Origin: Sphagnum compactum
Lineage: Eukaryota
Assembly: GCA_965153455.1 (NCBI GenBank)
Contig: OZ234493.1
Span: forward strand, 9,228,213-9,292,212
Length of the DNA: 64,000 bases
Reading direction: 5' to 3'
Shown piece by piece: positions 52,185 to 64,000 of this stretch. The notes beneath the pieces were generated by a model. It saw nothing but the letters and a program-made list of their open reading frames with translations. It did not search any database and was not told the origin of the DNA. Position 1 is the stretch's first letter, and each line of letters opens with the position of its first letter. The position numbers were made by a program, and so were the translations under genes.

Positions 52185-53410
52185 TGAGACATAGGAACAC
52201 GAAGAACAAGAAGATGACGACAAGTTGGCTTTTTGTCATTTTTTTGTAGTTGAAGAAGAAGACAACGACGAGCAAATTAAGTTCATTGTCGTCTTCCAGA
52301 GCACAATAACACAAAAAACAAGAATATAACAACGAGCCAAGCTTGTCATCATCTTCCGCAGTTGAGCAACAGGAAGAAAATGACAACGAACATTTGTTTG
52401 TCGTTGTCTTTTGGAGCACAAGAACACGAAGAGCATGAAGATGACAACGAACTTGGCTCATCGTCCTCTTTTGCAGTTGAACAACATGAAGAAGATGACA
52501 ACGAACATTTGCTTGTCGTTGTCTTCTAGAGCATAATAACACAAAGGAAAGGAAGATGACAAGGAGCTGGCTCATTGTTGTCTTTTGCAGTTGATTAATA
52601 AGAAGAAGAACAAGACGACGATGAGAAAAAACTTGTCATCTTCTGGAGCACAATAACATGAAGAATAGGAAGAAAACAACAAGCTTAGTTCATCATCGAG
52701 TTGAGTAAGAAGAAGAAGAAGAAGAAGACAAACATTTGCTTGTCATCGTCATCGTCTTTTGGAACACAATAACACGAAGAAAAGAAAGACGATGACAAGC
52801 TCGCTCGTTGTCGTCTTGTACAGCTAAGTAACAAGAAGAAAAACAAGACGATGACGAGTAAAAGTTCATTGTCATCTTCTAAAACACAAAAACACAAAGA
52901 ACATGAAGATGATGATGAGCTAAGGTTCATTGTTGTCTTTTGCAATTGAGTAACAAAGAAGATGATGATGATGAACATTTGTTCATCATCATATTTTGGA
53001 ACATAAGAACACGAAGAAAAGGAAGACAACGACGAGTTGGAACACAAAAACACAAAAAACATGAAGATGACGACGAGCCAAGGCTCGTTTTTGTTTTCTA
53101 TAGTTGAATAAAAAAAAAGAACAAAAAAAAAAGGAAGATGATAATGAGTTGGTTTGTTGTCGTCTTCTGGAACATGGGAACACAAAGAACATGAAGACAA
53201 TGACGAGCCAAGCTCTTCAATGTTTTCTGCAGTTGAACAATAGGAAGAAGAAGACAATGATGAACATTTGCTTCTCATCGTTTTCTAGAGCACAAGAGCA
53301 TGAAGAACAAGAAGATGACAATGAGCTTGGGTCGTTGTCCTTTTTACAATTGAATAATAAGAAGAAGAAGATGACAATGGCAAATCGAAGTCTGTTGTCG
53401 TCTTCTAGAG
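52185..53410. repeat. Subterminal degenerate array (gaagatgacaacgagc...gtcgtcttc mini-hairpin units)
   Basis: Over 15 units pairing gaagatgac with gtcatcttc; related array at 13190-13620 / 41030-41440 in element C. Confidence 0.75.
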
Positions 53411-55209
53411 CTTTCTAAGACAATGAACTAAAACTTAAATTACTTGAATAAGGGTGGGCCATGGTCTTACTTGCTTGGGTTGGAGTTGGCGATGGAACTT
53501 TTGGTAGGCGATGATGGTAGGTGGCAATGGAGTTGAACACAATGATGGACCCTCTTGAGCTGCTAACCTTGATGTGATGGTGGGTCCTTTTGAGTTGCTA
53601 GAGTTGCTGCGATGATGTTGCAATGGTGGGACCACACAAGATGGAAGAGGGTTTGCAAGGGAGGGAAGGGGATTGGTAGGTTTGTAAACGAGTTTGAAAA
53701 GAAAAAAAGGCCCAAAAAAGAATGATGATTTAAAAAAAACTGCTGAAATGAAATTGATGCAAGTGTGGTTTGCCAACCCAATGTGGGTGGATGAAACCCT
53801 TTCCATCCAAAACGGGATTGGTGCAGTCATGGGGGTTGGGTCACTCAAGCCTCATTTGTGTTCATATTGTCCAATCCATCTTCTATTAACCCTAGTTTCA
53901 GTTAACCTTGAAGCCTAAGCTCATTTTACAACCATTTTACTTCAACCTTAGTAAAAAATGTGGTCCAATCTATTCATCCATGAATCAAACTTCAAATCCA
54001 AATGTTGGATAATGGATTCAAAGTTTACAAATTCATAGTTTTTTGATAAAAAAAAAACTATAATCATGTAAAGGATGATGAGATAGAAAAGCTAGATTGA
54101 GCTCTATAGCATTTTGTAAGGTTTGCCCAAGGTTGGGTTTGAAGTTGCATTGATGAAGATTAAAAATTTGACATGGATTAATGCATGATTTTTGCATATG
54201 GCACTCACATTGACTAAGTTTCACTCATAAAGGAAAAGAAGGTTTCAAGTCAAAATGTGGTTCATGAAGTCTTGCAAGTTTTGGAACAAGAATGTCAATG
54301 TGAGGATCCTTGAAAATGAGGAATAAATTCTCAATACTAGAACTCATGGTTCAACTTTTAAACGAGCTTTCAAAGTTAGACCACCTAGGTTAGGAAGGTT
54401 GACTAGGGTTGGGTTTTTCCCTTGAGCATTCCCCATTCACATGTGGCAAGGCATGGGGGTTTTTTTTTTGATAAACTCCTCCCTAAATCCACTTAGGTGT
54501 GTTTGATTAGCAAACCATTATTCAAGGCGTGCACCCAAGCAAAAAAATACAAATTAAAAAATAAAGTCCATCTAGATTTAATGTTTTAGGTTGTAGACCT
54601 GTAGTGCAAGAGTTCTTGAACATTGAACAATTTTGTGAATTTTGAGTAATTTTTGTCACTGAAAAATCATTTAAATTTATTGATTTTTTCAAAATTGAGA
54701 TCTATCATAAGGTCCCCTTCACACTTGGGCCAGGGGCTCAGGCCATACTAGTAAACATGAAAAATGAGACACAATAAAGTGAAAGACTATTTATAAAAAA
54801 ATAAAATAAAAAATTGTGATGTTGCACTGGCGATCATCCACAAGGAGATTTAGCCATGCATGTTTGGCTACAGACCAGGTATGAAAGTAGAAATTTATTA
54901 AAATCCTTTTTTATACACCGAACTAGCCTACTTTGCTTCAACAAATGTGTATAGAAACCATACCGAATTTTTAGAAAAATTTCATCAATTTATGGCTTTT
55001 TTTTTTGGGTTCCTTTTTTCCCCCAAAAAGAATATTAGACAGAAAATTAAAATTTGGCAAATTTTTTTTCGCCAAATGGCGAAAATTCTCCTACCAAAAA
55101 AAACGCTGCGAATCTGCGGGCCAGTTTACTCATGGCGATGGAGCTGCTCTAAAACGAACTCAAGGTTTTGCCGCTTAGATAGATCCACACTTTTTTTGGT
55201 GTATTTTCT

Positions 55210-55881
55210 GAGAGAAAGAGAGAGAGAGAGAGAGAGCCGTTTGCAAACGCACATATGAAAGAGCCGTTCGCTCACACACACTTTCTCTCTGCTGTTTTTC
55301 TTCTTCGTCTTCTTTCTCAACACCAAAATCCCAGGCACCAATTGCTGCTGCTGCTGCTGCTGCTCTCTACACATACATGATTGCTTCTTCTTCTTCGTCT
55401 TCTTGTCTTCTCTTCTTTCACCGTTCCCAAACTATTATTGTCTCTGTTCTTTCATAGTTGGGAAACTATTGTTGTTGTTGTTACTCACTGTGTGTGTGTG
55501 TGGTGTGTGTGGTGGGTGGTTGTGTGAGTGTCTGTGTGTGCATACATTAGTGTCTTAGTTGATCATTTTAGTCTGTTTTAAAAGAGTCAGTGACGTTCAA
55601 TTGGGTGTTTTTTTTTGGGGTCGATCTGTTATGGTGGGAGAGATCCAACCCACTTTGGTGTCTTAGGGAGTGTGATGGGTGAACCGCATTTCTGCATTTG
55701 TCGAGAGAGGCTGGAGAGAGGAGGGAAAGGACGGTTTCTTGTGTTTTGGGGTTCTTGTTTGAGTGGATTGTTTTGGGTGTCTGGGGTATTTGGGTCAGTA
55801 GTTCCGGAACAAACGCAGAACAGGAGGGGGAGGAGGGCGCTGTGAGAGAATAACGGAAAAGAAAGAAAGAAAGAAAGAAAG
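55210..55881 (+). promoter_or_regulatory. Promoter / 5' UTR region of VPS2 with (GA)n, (CTG)n, (TG)n and (GAAA)n microsatellites
   Basis: GC increase and microsatellite cluster immediately upstream of the ATG; TSS not determinable. Confidence 0.4.
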
Positions 55882-55901
55882 GTGGTGGACGACGAAGGAA
55901 G

Positions 55902-58900
55902 ATGAATCTGTTCAAGAAGAAACCCGATGCGAAAGGTACATACACGCTCTCTAGAGAGATGGCAATTCCCGAAAACCCTTCTTTCACGCCTCGATTGTGT
56001 TATGCTTTTGTGCCGGTTCAAGAATCTTCTTGCGTTTTCAGAAAGCTATAGACACCATTGTCTATAGAGATCATGCAAGAGATGGGAAAGGAGCATGAAT
56101 TGGGGGTCCAAGAAGATGGGTATTGCAGCAAGGAGGTTCTTTGGCATTGGTGTTGTACACAACAGTTGGGACATTGTCATCAATGTGCATTGGCTTTGGA
56201 ATGAGGTTGTTAATGTGTGTGCAAGATTCGAGATTGCAATTCTCTGTTGCTCAGAATGGATTTTTTTTTCATAGAACATGCTTATGTGGGGTTTGTACAA
56301 AAATGATCCTATGCAGAGGCACTCCGGGTGAGTAAGCGGGAGATGTCAGTTGCCACAAGAGGTACTTAAATCTTTCCTTCAACTAGACAGTGTTGCAGCA
56401 ACTCCACAGTTAGAAGCACTCTTTCAGCAAAAGTGTGTGATAAAACTTCCAAATCAAATGATGAAGTGTATGAACCCTTTTATCCCAGAGATGGTTCTCA
56501 ATCAAGCTATTTTGTAAAGGACTGAAAGAACTTGTGGCAGTCCAGCTTGCTATACTCTATTTGCTATACTCCATTATATACTTGACTTCTTCTGCAGACT
56601 TTGTCTATTGTTGTCTCGTGAAAGATATGTTAGATTTTGTTTTAACATAAGGATAATGAGCAGACATGACAAACAACACACCACAGAGAGACAGTGATTC
56701 TTAGGGCATTAAATTATGATTTGGAATGGCCACAATTTTGCAGGGATTGAACGAGAAATTGGATCATTGCAATTAGAGGTACCAAGATGTTCCTCACACT
56801 TTTGGTATTTTAGAGGTCTCTATGACAAGTTTTTGGAACATCTGTTCTGGAAGAGTGGCTGCAGGTTTTGACCAGATCTCACCTTATTGTAAGGTCTCAA
56901 GTGGACAAACAGTTTGAATATATAGTGAGCATGATAACATGGATGTTGTAATTGCATGGGTGTATGTGCTTGCAGGAGAAGAAACTTGTTGCAGAGATCA
57001 AGAAGACTGCAAAAACTGGAAATGAGGTATGTTCTGCCCCAGATAGGTTTGTCATTGATCAGTTGCAGTACATTTGATGTGGTCACAATTGATCAAGGAA
57101 CTGACAAACACAGGTACATCATTTTCCGCGTAATAGGATGAATCTCGCAGTTCTATGAAGCCATGTTTTACTTGGATGCAAGGCTCTCTCTGTAGGGAAA
57201 GCTTTATGACCTGTGATTGCTGAGGCTGAAATTGAATGTTGGTCCTGTTCAAAAGCAATTCTTGATCAATTTCTAGCAGTTATCAACATGGCACATTTGC
57301 TGAGAGAATTGTTTGTCCATCAGGTTGCAACAAAGATATTGGCTCAGCAGTTGATAAGATTACGCCAGCAGATTGCAAAGCTTCAGGGAAGTCGTGCACA
57401 GATACGGGGTGTGGCTACTCACACACAGGTGAGAGGGATTACTGAATGAAGTAGTTAGACTACTTTGGATGATCCTTTACTTCCTCTCCATGCATTCACT
57501 GTGCCCAAATTGTCAGTACACTTTTCTAGAAGCAATCTCTGCTTGAAAAGGGAGGTGTCAATCTTTTTATCCAAGTATATGTTGCTCTACAGCCGTTCTC
57601 TCTAATTTGAGTTGTGAATCTAGGTATTCTATGCTTCAAGCTTCTTTTGTAAAAATGAGGTCCATAAAACCATTGTAACACTCTTGTATAAGATTGCTTG
57701 CAAAATGGGTGGGATAAAATAGGCCATGCATGCAAACACAGCAGTGGCAGGAGCCATGAAAGGGGCAACAAAAGCTATGGCCTCGATGAACAAGGTACAC
57801 CTTTGGTAACTGGAATTATCTCTATAGTGTCCTCAGTCATTGGATCTATTGTCATGTAGTTCTGGAGAGAAATTAGTAACTCCAGCCTCACAATTTGTAT
57901 TATAGCTGAATTTGTCAGATATGCTCAATGGTGGGTAAGAACTAGTTCCATGAGTAGGGGTCAATCTCTGTGTAGGCCTCTCCATGCCTTGGGGGTTAGA
58001 TGGGTATAGGGGTTAGCTGAACTGAAATGAAGCTTACTCTCACACTCTTTAACGCTTTGACTAGCTATTTCTCTTAAGTGTGCTAGCCAACATCATAACC
58101 AAGTCTTTCCTTCACTTCTGGAAATGTGACAGAAAGTTAGGAGACTGATTTTTGTAACATAGTTTGCTGGAGATTTTGCACCATATTATTACAGACTGAT
58201 ATACCCCACTGTGAGGAGCTGATGAAGTCAGTTGGTCATTATAGCAGCTAGTCACTGCTTTTCATTGTGAAGATGATGGTCTGACACTTTGTGACATTCA
58301 TAAGGTTATGACTTATGACCAAACTCATCTGGTTGTGTTAGTTTTAGCATTGCTGGAACTGGCACAATGGTTAGGTTACCTTCAAAGCATTATTGTGGAG
58401 TTATATCCGCAATCTCATAGATATGATGGGAATACTAGGAATAACTGTGGTACAAGTATCCTAGAGCACAATCACTCAGACATTGTATGGAAGTTGAGGC
58501 AAGGATAAGGTGCCATCTGCACTGGAGAGAATTTCATGACAGTTTTGAGTTCTGCTTGGAGCAGAAAGTGGAGCCTGCAAAACAGGCCAAGGTGATGCAG
58601 GAGTTCCAGAAGCAGTCAGCACAAATCAATATGACGGTTAGTCCATATCTTAACTTTTACTGTTGATCAATTTTTTGCCTTACAAGATGTGGAGGTGTTA
58701 CTTACTTTGCAGGAATGGTGTGAGGCTGGAGTGATCTTTGTTTGTGCCAGTGTCTTCTCTTCACAATGTTGTTTAACTTATGAATTTGCAATGGGGATGA
58801 TTATGCATGACAGATGGAGATGATGTCTGATTCTATTGATGAGACCCTTGATGATGATGAGGCAGAGGAGGAAACTGAAGAGCTAACCAACCAGGTACTT

Positions 58901-59745
58901 CCATCCCACCACATTGTCACCTAGGAGACCCAAGGTGATGGTCTGGTGACTACCCATACTACACATAAGTGTCTGCGGCTATCTAGATGCTGGACTAGTG
59001 TAAATTTGTTCTGGTGATATCTGCTTGCAAATGGCATTAAGTTGGGTTATTATGGTGACTAAGCTGGGTTTGTATCCTACTGCAGGTGCTTGATGAAATT
59101 GGAGTGGACGTTGCAGCTCAGGTGTTGTCTTCTATATTCCTAGACCCGTGCTTTCCTTTGTCTGAGTTTACTGTTAGATCGGGCATACTTCTTTGCATGT
59201 CTACAGAATGATAATCTACTCTATTGGAGTGCTGCACGGATCATGGAATGATTGGGCCCCCCCCCACTCAGTTCCCTCCCTGAAAATTTTGTATTCCTGC
59301 AGTTACTCATTTCTCTGTATAGAAGGAGTTAAGAGCTGAAGTGAGATATTTCCATTTATGTTGCAGATGTCATCAGCACCAAAGGGCAAGATTGTGGGGA
59401 AGGAAAGGCCTCAAAATGCTGGAAGGTACAGTCTTTGATATTTCCTCTGCACAGTTCATACATGCATATAGTTAGAAGGATGTACAGATGAATTTTAACA
59501 TCATTGGCTATCCTTCGGGAAAACTGGACAGATTATGCTGTTTATAATCTTGGGTGTAGGGCCTAAGGTTTTCAGCAGCAGATTTTCAATTTTAGGCTGC
59601 CATAGCTTAGCAAGTTTGTGGTAGATGTATTATGTCTTCCTTTGTCAGTCTTGGGCAACTTGTGATCTGAAATCTGTGGGAGACAAGCTGCAGCCTGGGA
59701 GTGGACGATTTGGAGGAAAGACTGGCTGCACTGCGACATGTTTGA
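55902..59745 (+). CDS. VPS2: ESCRT-III subunit VPS2/CHMP2 (Snf7 family; VPS2.2/2.3 type), 213 aa. Exons 55902-55935, 56317-56361, 56744-56778, 56976-57026, 57324-57428, 57723-57794, 58565-58636, 58814-58894, 59086-59121, 59367-59425, 59694-59745
   Basis: All introns GT-AG; the 642-nt join is in frame: MNLFKKKPDAKEALRVSKREMSVATRGIEREIGSLQLEEKKLVAEIKKTAKTGNEVATKILAQQLIRLRQQIAKLQGSRAQIRGVATHTQAMHANT...EFQKQSAQINMTMEMMSDSID...VLDEIGVDVAAQMSSAPKG...DDLEERLAALRHV (C-terminal MIM1 motif). Confidence 0.95.
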
Positions 59746-62700
59746 GACACAGGTGTATGGCTGTCTAATAGTTTTTTGCTCTTTGATCGGTTTATTAATT
59801 CCAATTTAGACGAGAAAACAAGACAAGACAATAATATAATATGGTGGATACCTGTTTGTCCTTGTTTTGGTTTGGCAAGCCTTTTTTTAAAGTACAGAGA
59901 AGGCCAAAATCGTTGAAACTTGAGGTGGCAGCAAATCAGTTGTGGCTAAACCCTTCCAAAAAGAAAGACTCATCATTCTGGCAATTGGCACTTTGGACCA
60001 AAATTGTCTTGGTTTGGTCCCAGGGTCTCTATCTAAATCTTCATTAATTCAGCATAAGTTACACTCCTTTTTTTCTCCTTCGCTTGCAGTACTCATGGAC
60101 TGGACATTTTCCTACATAGGAAAAGAAAGGTTAAGAGTTTCGCACCTAGAACCATGCACATGTGGTTTGCTTTGGAAAGGTTGATTTCTTAAGCGGTTAT
60201 AAAGATTGAAGCATCACCCCTGTAACCAATAATTTGGTTCCCTTGATGGAACTTCACTGCACATACAACATAGGGATTGTTGCTTGCTTACTTACTCATT
60301 ACAAGCAGCTGCGGGCACAGAGTTAGCCGGGGTTTGAAAGAATACTTATTACTAAACAGTGTTTGTCCAAAGTGGGTGCCGAATGTACTTAGCAATTTAG
60401 TAATACATGTAATTGTTGAAGGCGTTACAAAAGTGCTGCCTGCAATAAATTCCTACTGGCTGCAATAACAACTATTTGCACATGTAGTGTTGGGGGAGGA
60501 TGGGGGAAAGGGGAGATTCATATAAATGCAATGTCAGCCTCCTCCAGGCCAACTGCGGCTCTGCCATGCAGGTCAATTTGCAGTGCAGGTGACTCTGCAT
60601 TTTGTGACGGTGCAAACAGAGGGACGCCTTATATGCAATAATGTTGTATGGTCAAGTGAAAGTGGGCATTTCGAAAACTGAAACACCTGCCTCATATTGA
60701 AAAGTTGGAATTGGTCATCATTCTGTGAAAAACCCGTGTTACTTCTTTTTATCATGATACCTTATGGGTCTCAGTTTGGTACCCACTGGGTGCCACAGTA
60801 CATTTAAAGCATTTAAAATAAAAAAATGCATCACATTTTACATATTGCAATGACCTCCGGACAGGGCATTACTGAAATAATGGGTGCCCTCGGCCTCTGG
60901 CCATTATTTTGGGAACAACCCAGCCCTCAGGCAATTACCATACACAACAAGCGAGGAAGGGTGAAGACCTTGATATTGACTTGCTTTTGAAGTTTTAAGC
61001 AGATTCTATCTGCCAAAGATCTTGCCACAAAGTGGCCGCAAGAGGTAGTCAATGAAAGTTGTATCCTTTTGATGAAGGAAGGATGCATGGGCACTCCATT
61101 TGGCAAGGTTCACATACCTTGCCTACTAAAGCTGAGCATAAGATTACTAATTGGATTTAGTAATATGAACATTGTATACTCTGGTGGAGGTTAGAGCGAA
61201 TTGACATACTCTCACCTTGAATGAAACCATGCATAAGGAAAATTGCATCGAGTTCCAATCCTATCACAAAACAAAGGTATTAGTGAGATGCAAATTTTTA
61301 TACCGTCATGTTTCCAAAAACACAATGAGCTTTGTTATAAATTGTATTGAAATTTTGAACTTTGTCATAATTGGACTAAGAGTCCAAGAAGCATTGCACA
61401 TAGAAGTAGACAGTAAAAGTGGGCACACCCAAAGTTTCAAAGAAGAGTTAGGGTTAGTTCAGAGATCAAGTGGGTTTTAGTAGCCTCATGGTTCACATTG
61501 TTGCAAAACTCCTTGAACTAGTTATGTTGGCATGGACCATGTGATTGACATTTTTGTGACCCAAGAGGAGAATGCTTATGTTGTGACACTTTGGGGACAA
61601 CAAATTAATGGATGGTTTTTCCTCTAGTTCATATGCAAGCTCATATAAACAAATGGAAAAAAGAAGAAGCTTCAATCAATCAATCACATACGTGGTGAAG
61701 ATGTCTTCTTCCCTCATGCAAAATATTAGGTTGCAATGGCTCTTGCTTGAGCAATCCCCAGATTCTCTAGAAGATAATCTTGGTCTCCTTCCATCCACTG
61801 ATAGTTTCACTTCATCAATTGTAATGTCCCTTTTGATTCCAAAGTTCCCATAGCTTAACTTGTTGTAGGAGTAGCACGTAAACCCAAGTTTGAAGCCTTC
61901 TAAGTTGAAACCAAAATCAAGTGTACATGTGTTGGCGAGACTATGTTTTTATGCCGATCATCTATCATGAGAATCAAGTTTGCTCCTTTCAAAAGGCTGA
62001 ATTTTTGGACACAAGGGCTTCTCTCACTACAAGCAGTAGCTGTGTTGCTTCAACTTGTCTTTGAACGCAATCCCAACCTAGTGCAGTCTTGTTGTTTGGT
62101 GAAAAAATTGTCTCATTTTGATTATTTAACTGAATGTAACAATATTAAAGATTTGTCTCCAAGCGGTGAGAGTTATACCTCGAAATCCAAAATGCTTTTT
62201 GCTACGATGGTGTTTGGCTAAGTGAGATCCCAAACAATTTATAACACTGACCACGGAGACTCCACATCGATTCCAAGCTTTGCTACAAAAACATAATTAC
62301 TCTTTAATCAGACATTCCATTCAAACACTAATTTACATGGCAAGAGACACATCATAACTAACATTTCAACAAACAAAAAAGCTACATTCACTTCAGTTCC
62401 ACAAACATTCTATACAAAGAAAGACACTAACCCAAGGGTTTAGGGTTTAGGGCACAATAAAGAACTGATATAATAGAGAGGTAGTGTGTGATTTAATCCC
62501 ATTTTCCATTACATGTAGAGAAGAAACCAATTTGTTTTTCTTGATCATGTAAAGTTCAACAATAGCAAAGAATTGTGAAACTACTTCTCAGATAACATGT
62601 TGTATAAGATTTGAAATAAAAATCACTAAATGATGATGTCCATATTCGAAGCATTTCTAAAATGGCCTGAACCTTCAATGTTGACGTGTCTATTGAAATC

Positions 62701-63313
62701 ACTACATACAAAGTCGAAAGGCATCGATAAATGCACACCACATTGTCACATGCAATTCAAGAATTGGAGCAATTGGTTGAAAAACAAGTAACAACCTAGA
62801 AACCAAAACCCACAACCAACACAACATTGATAACTTCAAAGAAGATTGCCGAGCTCTTTCACGATCGCAATAGATGCAACGTGAAGCACAAAATGTGCAT
62901 TATGCACATTGCACACACAGTAACCTTAATAGAGACCTAGAAACTAGGACGAAATGATGAAACACGAAACCAAGACCAACCAACATCGACTTGAAGGAGA
63001 TTATGCCTACTCCCTTCAAGATAGACTTGAAGGAAGCAGACTTAATCTCCAAATCTGGCTAAATCATCTTATAGATCTGGCTACATACTAAATATGGAAA
63101 TCGGAAAAAGAAAAAAAAGAAAAAACCCAGAATTGTTCTATATTCTTGGCTACCTACTGGAAATTATCATAAAATTCTGGCGATTTGGGGAAAAAAAATC
63201 TTCGAAATCTGGCTAAAATCTGCCGCCGTTGTGGGCATTTGCCGCGTTTGACGCTTTGTTTGTCACAAGTTTTGCTGCTGCTGCTGTTGTTGTTGTAGTT
63301 CCAGAGTAGTGCT

Positions 63314-64000
63314 ATGGCGATGGAGGGTGATCCGCAGCAGCTACAATGGAATATAGTAATGGTGCTAATCGCTTTAGCTATGGCGTGGATGTTGCTTTGT
63401 TTGTGGCTTCGATCCCAGAGACAGCGCTTCCTGTCGTCTTTTTCTCCCCAAGAAGATGCTGATTACCTGATGAGGATTGTCACAAATGTGGAGTTTCCGT
63501 ACTTGTCTCACACTTCAATGGAGTTCGCCTTCTTTCGAACATGTGCCATTCCTTCCATCTCCAAAATCCTTGACAAGACGGGTGTATTCCGAGTTGCAGC
63601 AGCTAAGCGAGCAGATGATACAGAGATTCTGACTCGTGAGTTTTTGCTGCATCATGTGGACAGTGATAGAGGATCACTTGCAATTCGTCGTCTCAATTTC
63701 ATTCATAGTCAGTACGTGATCTCCAACGACGACTACCTTTACGTGTTGGCTCTTTTCGCTCGGGAGCCTGTGAGATGGGCTCGACGATTAGGGTACAGAA
63801 AATGGACAAGTGCGGAAGAGGTCGCAGCATTTGTGAAATGGCGAGATGTGGGTGTGCGTATGGGGATCAAGCACATTCCGGAGAATGTACAAGAGCTTGA
63901 GAGATGGGAAGAAGAATACGAGAAGAAGAACATGAAGTATGCGGATTCCAATCGTCGAGTCGCCGATGCGCAATTCACACTCTTGCTCGAGAAGTATCCG
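63314..64000 (+). CDS. MpaB / DUF2236 (rubber-oxygenase-like) family membrane-anchored oxygenase, 3'-partial
   Basis: 229 uninterrupted codons running off the window: N-terminal TM helix (IVMVLIALAMAWMLLCLWL), EFP..., EFAFFRTCAIPSISKIL, KRADDT, AIRRLNFIH, ISNDDYLYVL, EPVRW, WRDVGVRMGIKHIP. Confidence 0.88.
   Translation, partial: MAMEGDPQQLQWNIVMVLIALAMAWMLLCLWLRSQRQRFLSSFSPQEDADYLMRIVTNVEFPYLSHTSMEFAFFRTCAIPSISKILDKTGVFRVAAAKRADDTEILTREFLLHHVDSDRGSLAIRRLNFIHSQYVISNDDYLYVLALFAREPVRWARRLGYRKWTSAEEVAAFVKWRDVGVRMGIKHIPENVQELERWEEEYEKKNMKYADSNRRVADAQFTLLLEKYP

Larger units (their letters stand above)
46364..53851. mobile_element. MULE element A, complete (7.49 kb including nested CACTA); no transposase seen
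   Basis: ~33-bp TIRs ggccagagtgaaccaacccccatgactacacca / tggtgcagtcatgggggttgggtcactcaagcc; 9-bp TSD tcatttatg (46355-46363) vs tcatttgtg (53852-53860). Confidence 0.85.

Noticed and set aside
61217-62250. Coding-like degenerate region between the two genes
   Set aside because: No frame gives a recognisable family; cannot support a call
62435-62452. Telomere-like (TTTAGGG) repeat
   Set aside because: Only ~2.5 units; common as a telo-box or by chance in plant DNA

Overview
AT-rich eukaryotic (plant) genomic DNA. It looks like a bryophyte, probably Sphagnum-like moss (inferred from repeat families and gene content, not proven). Bases 1-54,400 are a nest of degenerate transposons: two CRE-like non-LTR retrotransposon relics, a hAT transposase pseudogene, two CACTA elements with intact TIRs/TSDs, a Tourist MITE, two short Helitrons and three members of one Mutator-like (MULE) family, two of them with recognisable 9-bp TSDs. 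The dominant structure is a ~10.8-kb, near-identical inverted duplication (10252-21044 vs 33613-44416) around a 12.6-kb spacer. Its two novel junctions cut through older elements in a reciprocal way, consistent with an inversion plus duplication. The MULE family carries a SWIM-type transposase, a convergent C2H2 zinc-finger accessory gene conserved in two diverged subfamily members, a possible Ulp1-like relic and several tandem arrays. The right end holds two intact-looking host genes: an 11-exon ESCRT-III VPS2/CHMP2 gene (55902-59745) and an intronless MpaB/DUF2236-family oxygenase ORF (63314 to beyond the window end; absent from the ORF track) that is a horizontal-transfer candidate. All calls are by eye; no searches were run.
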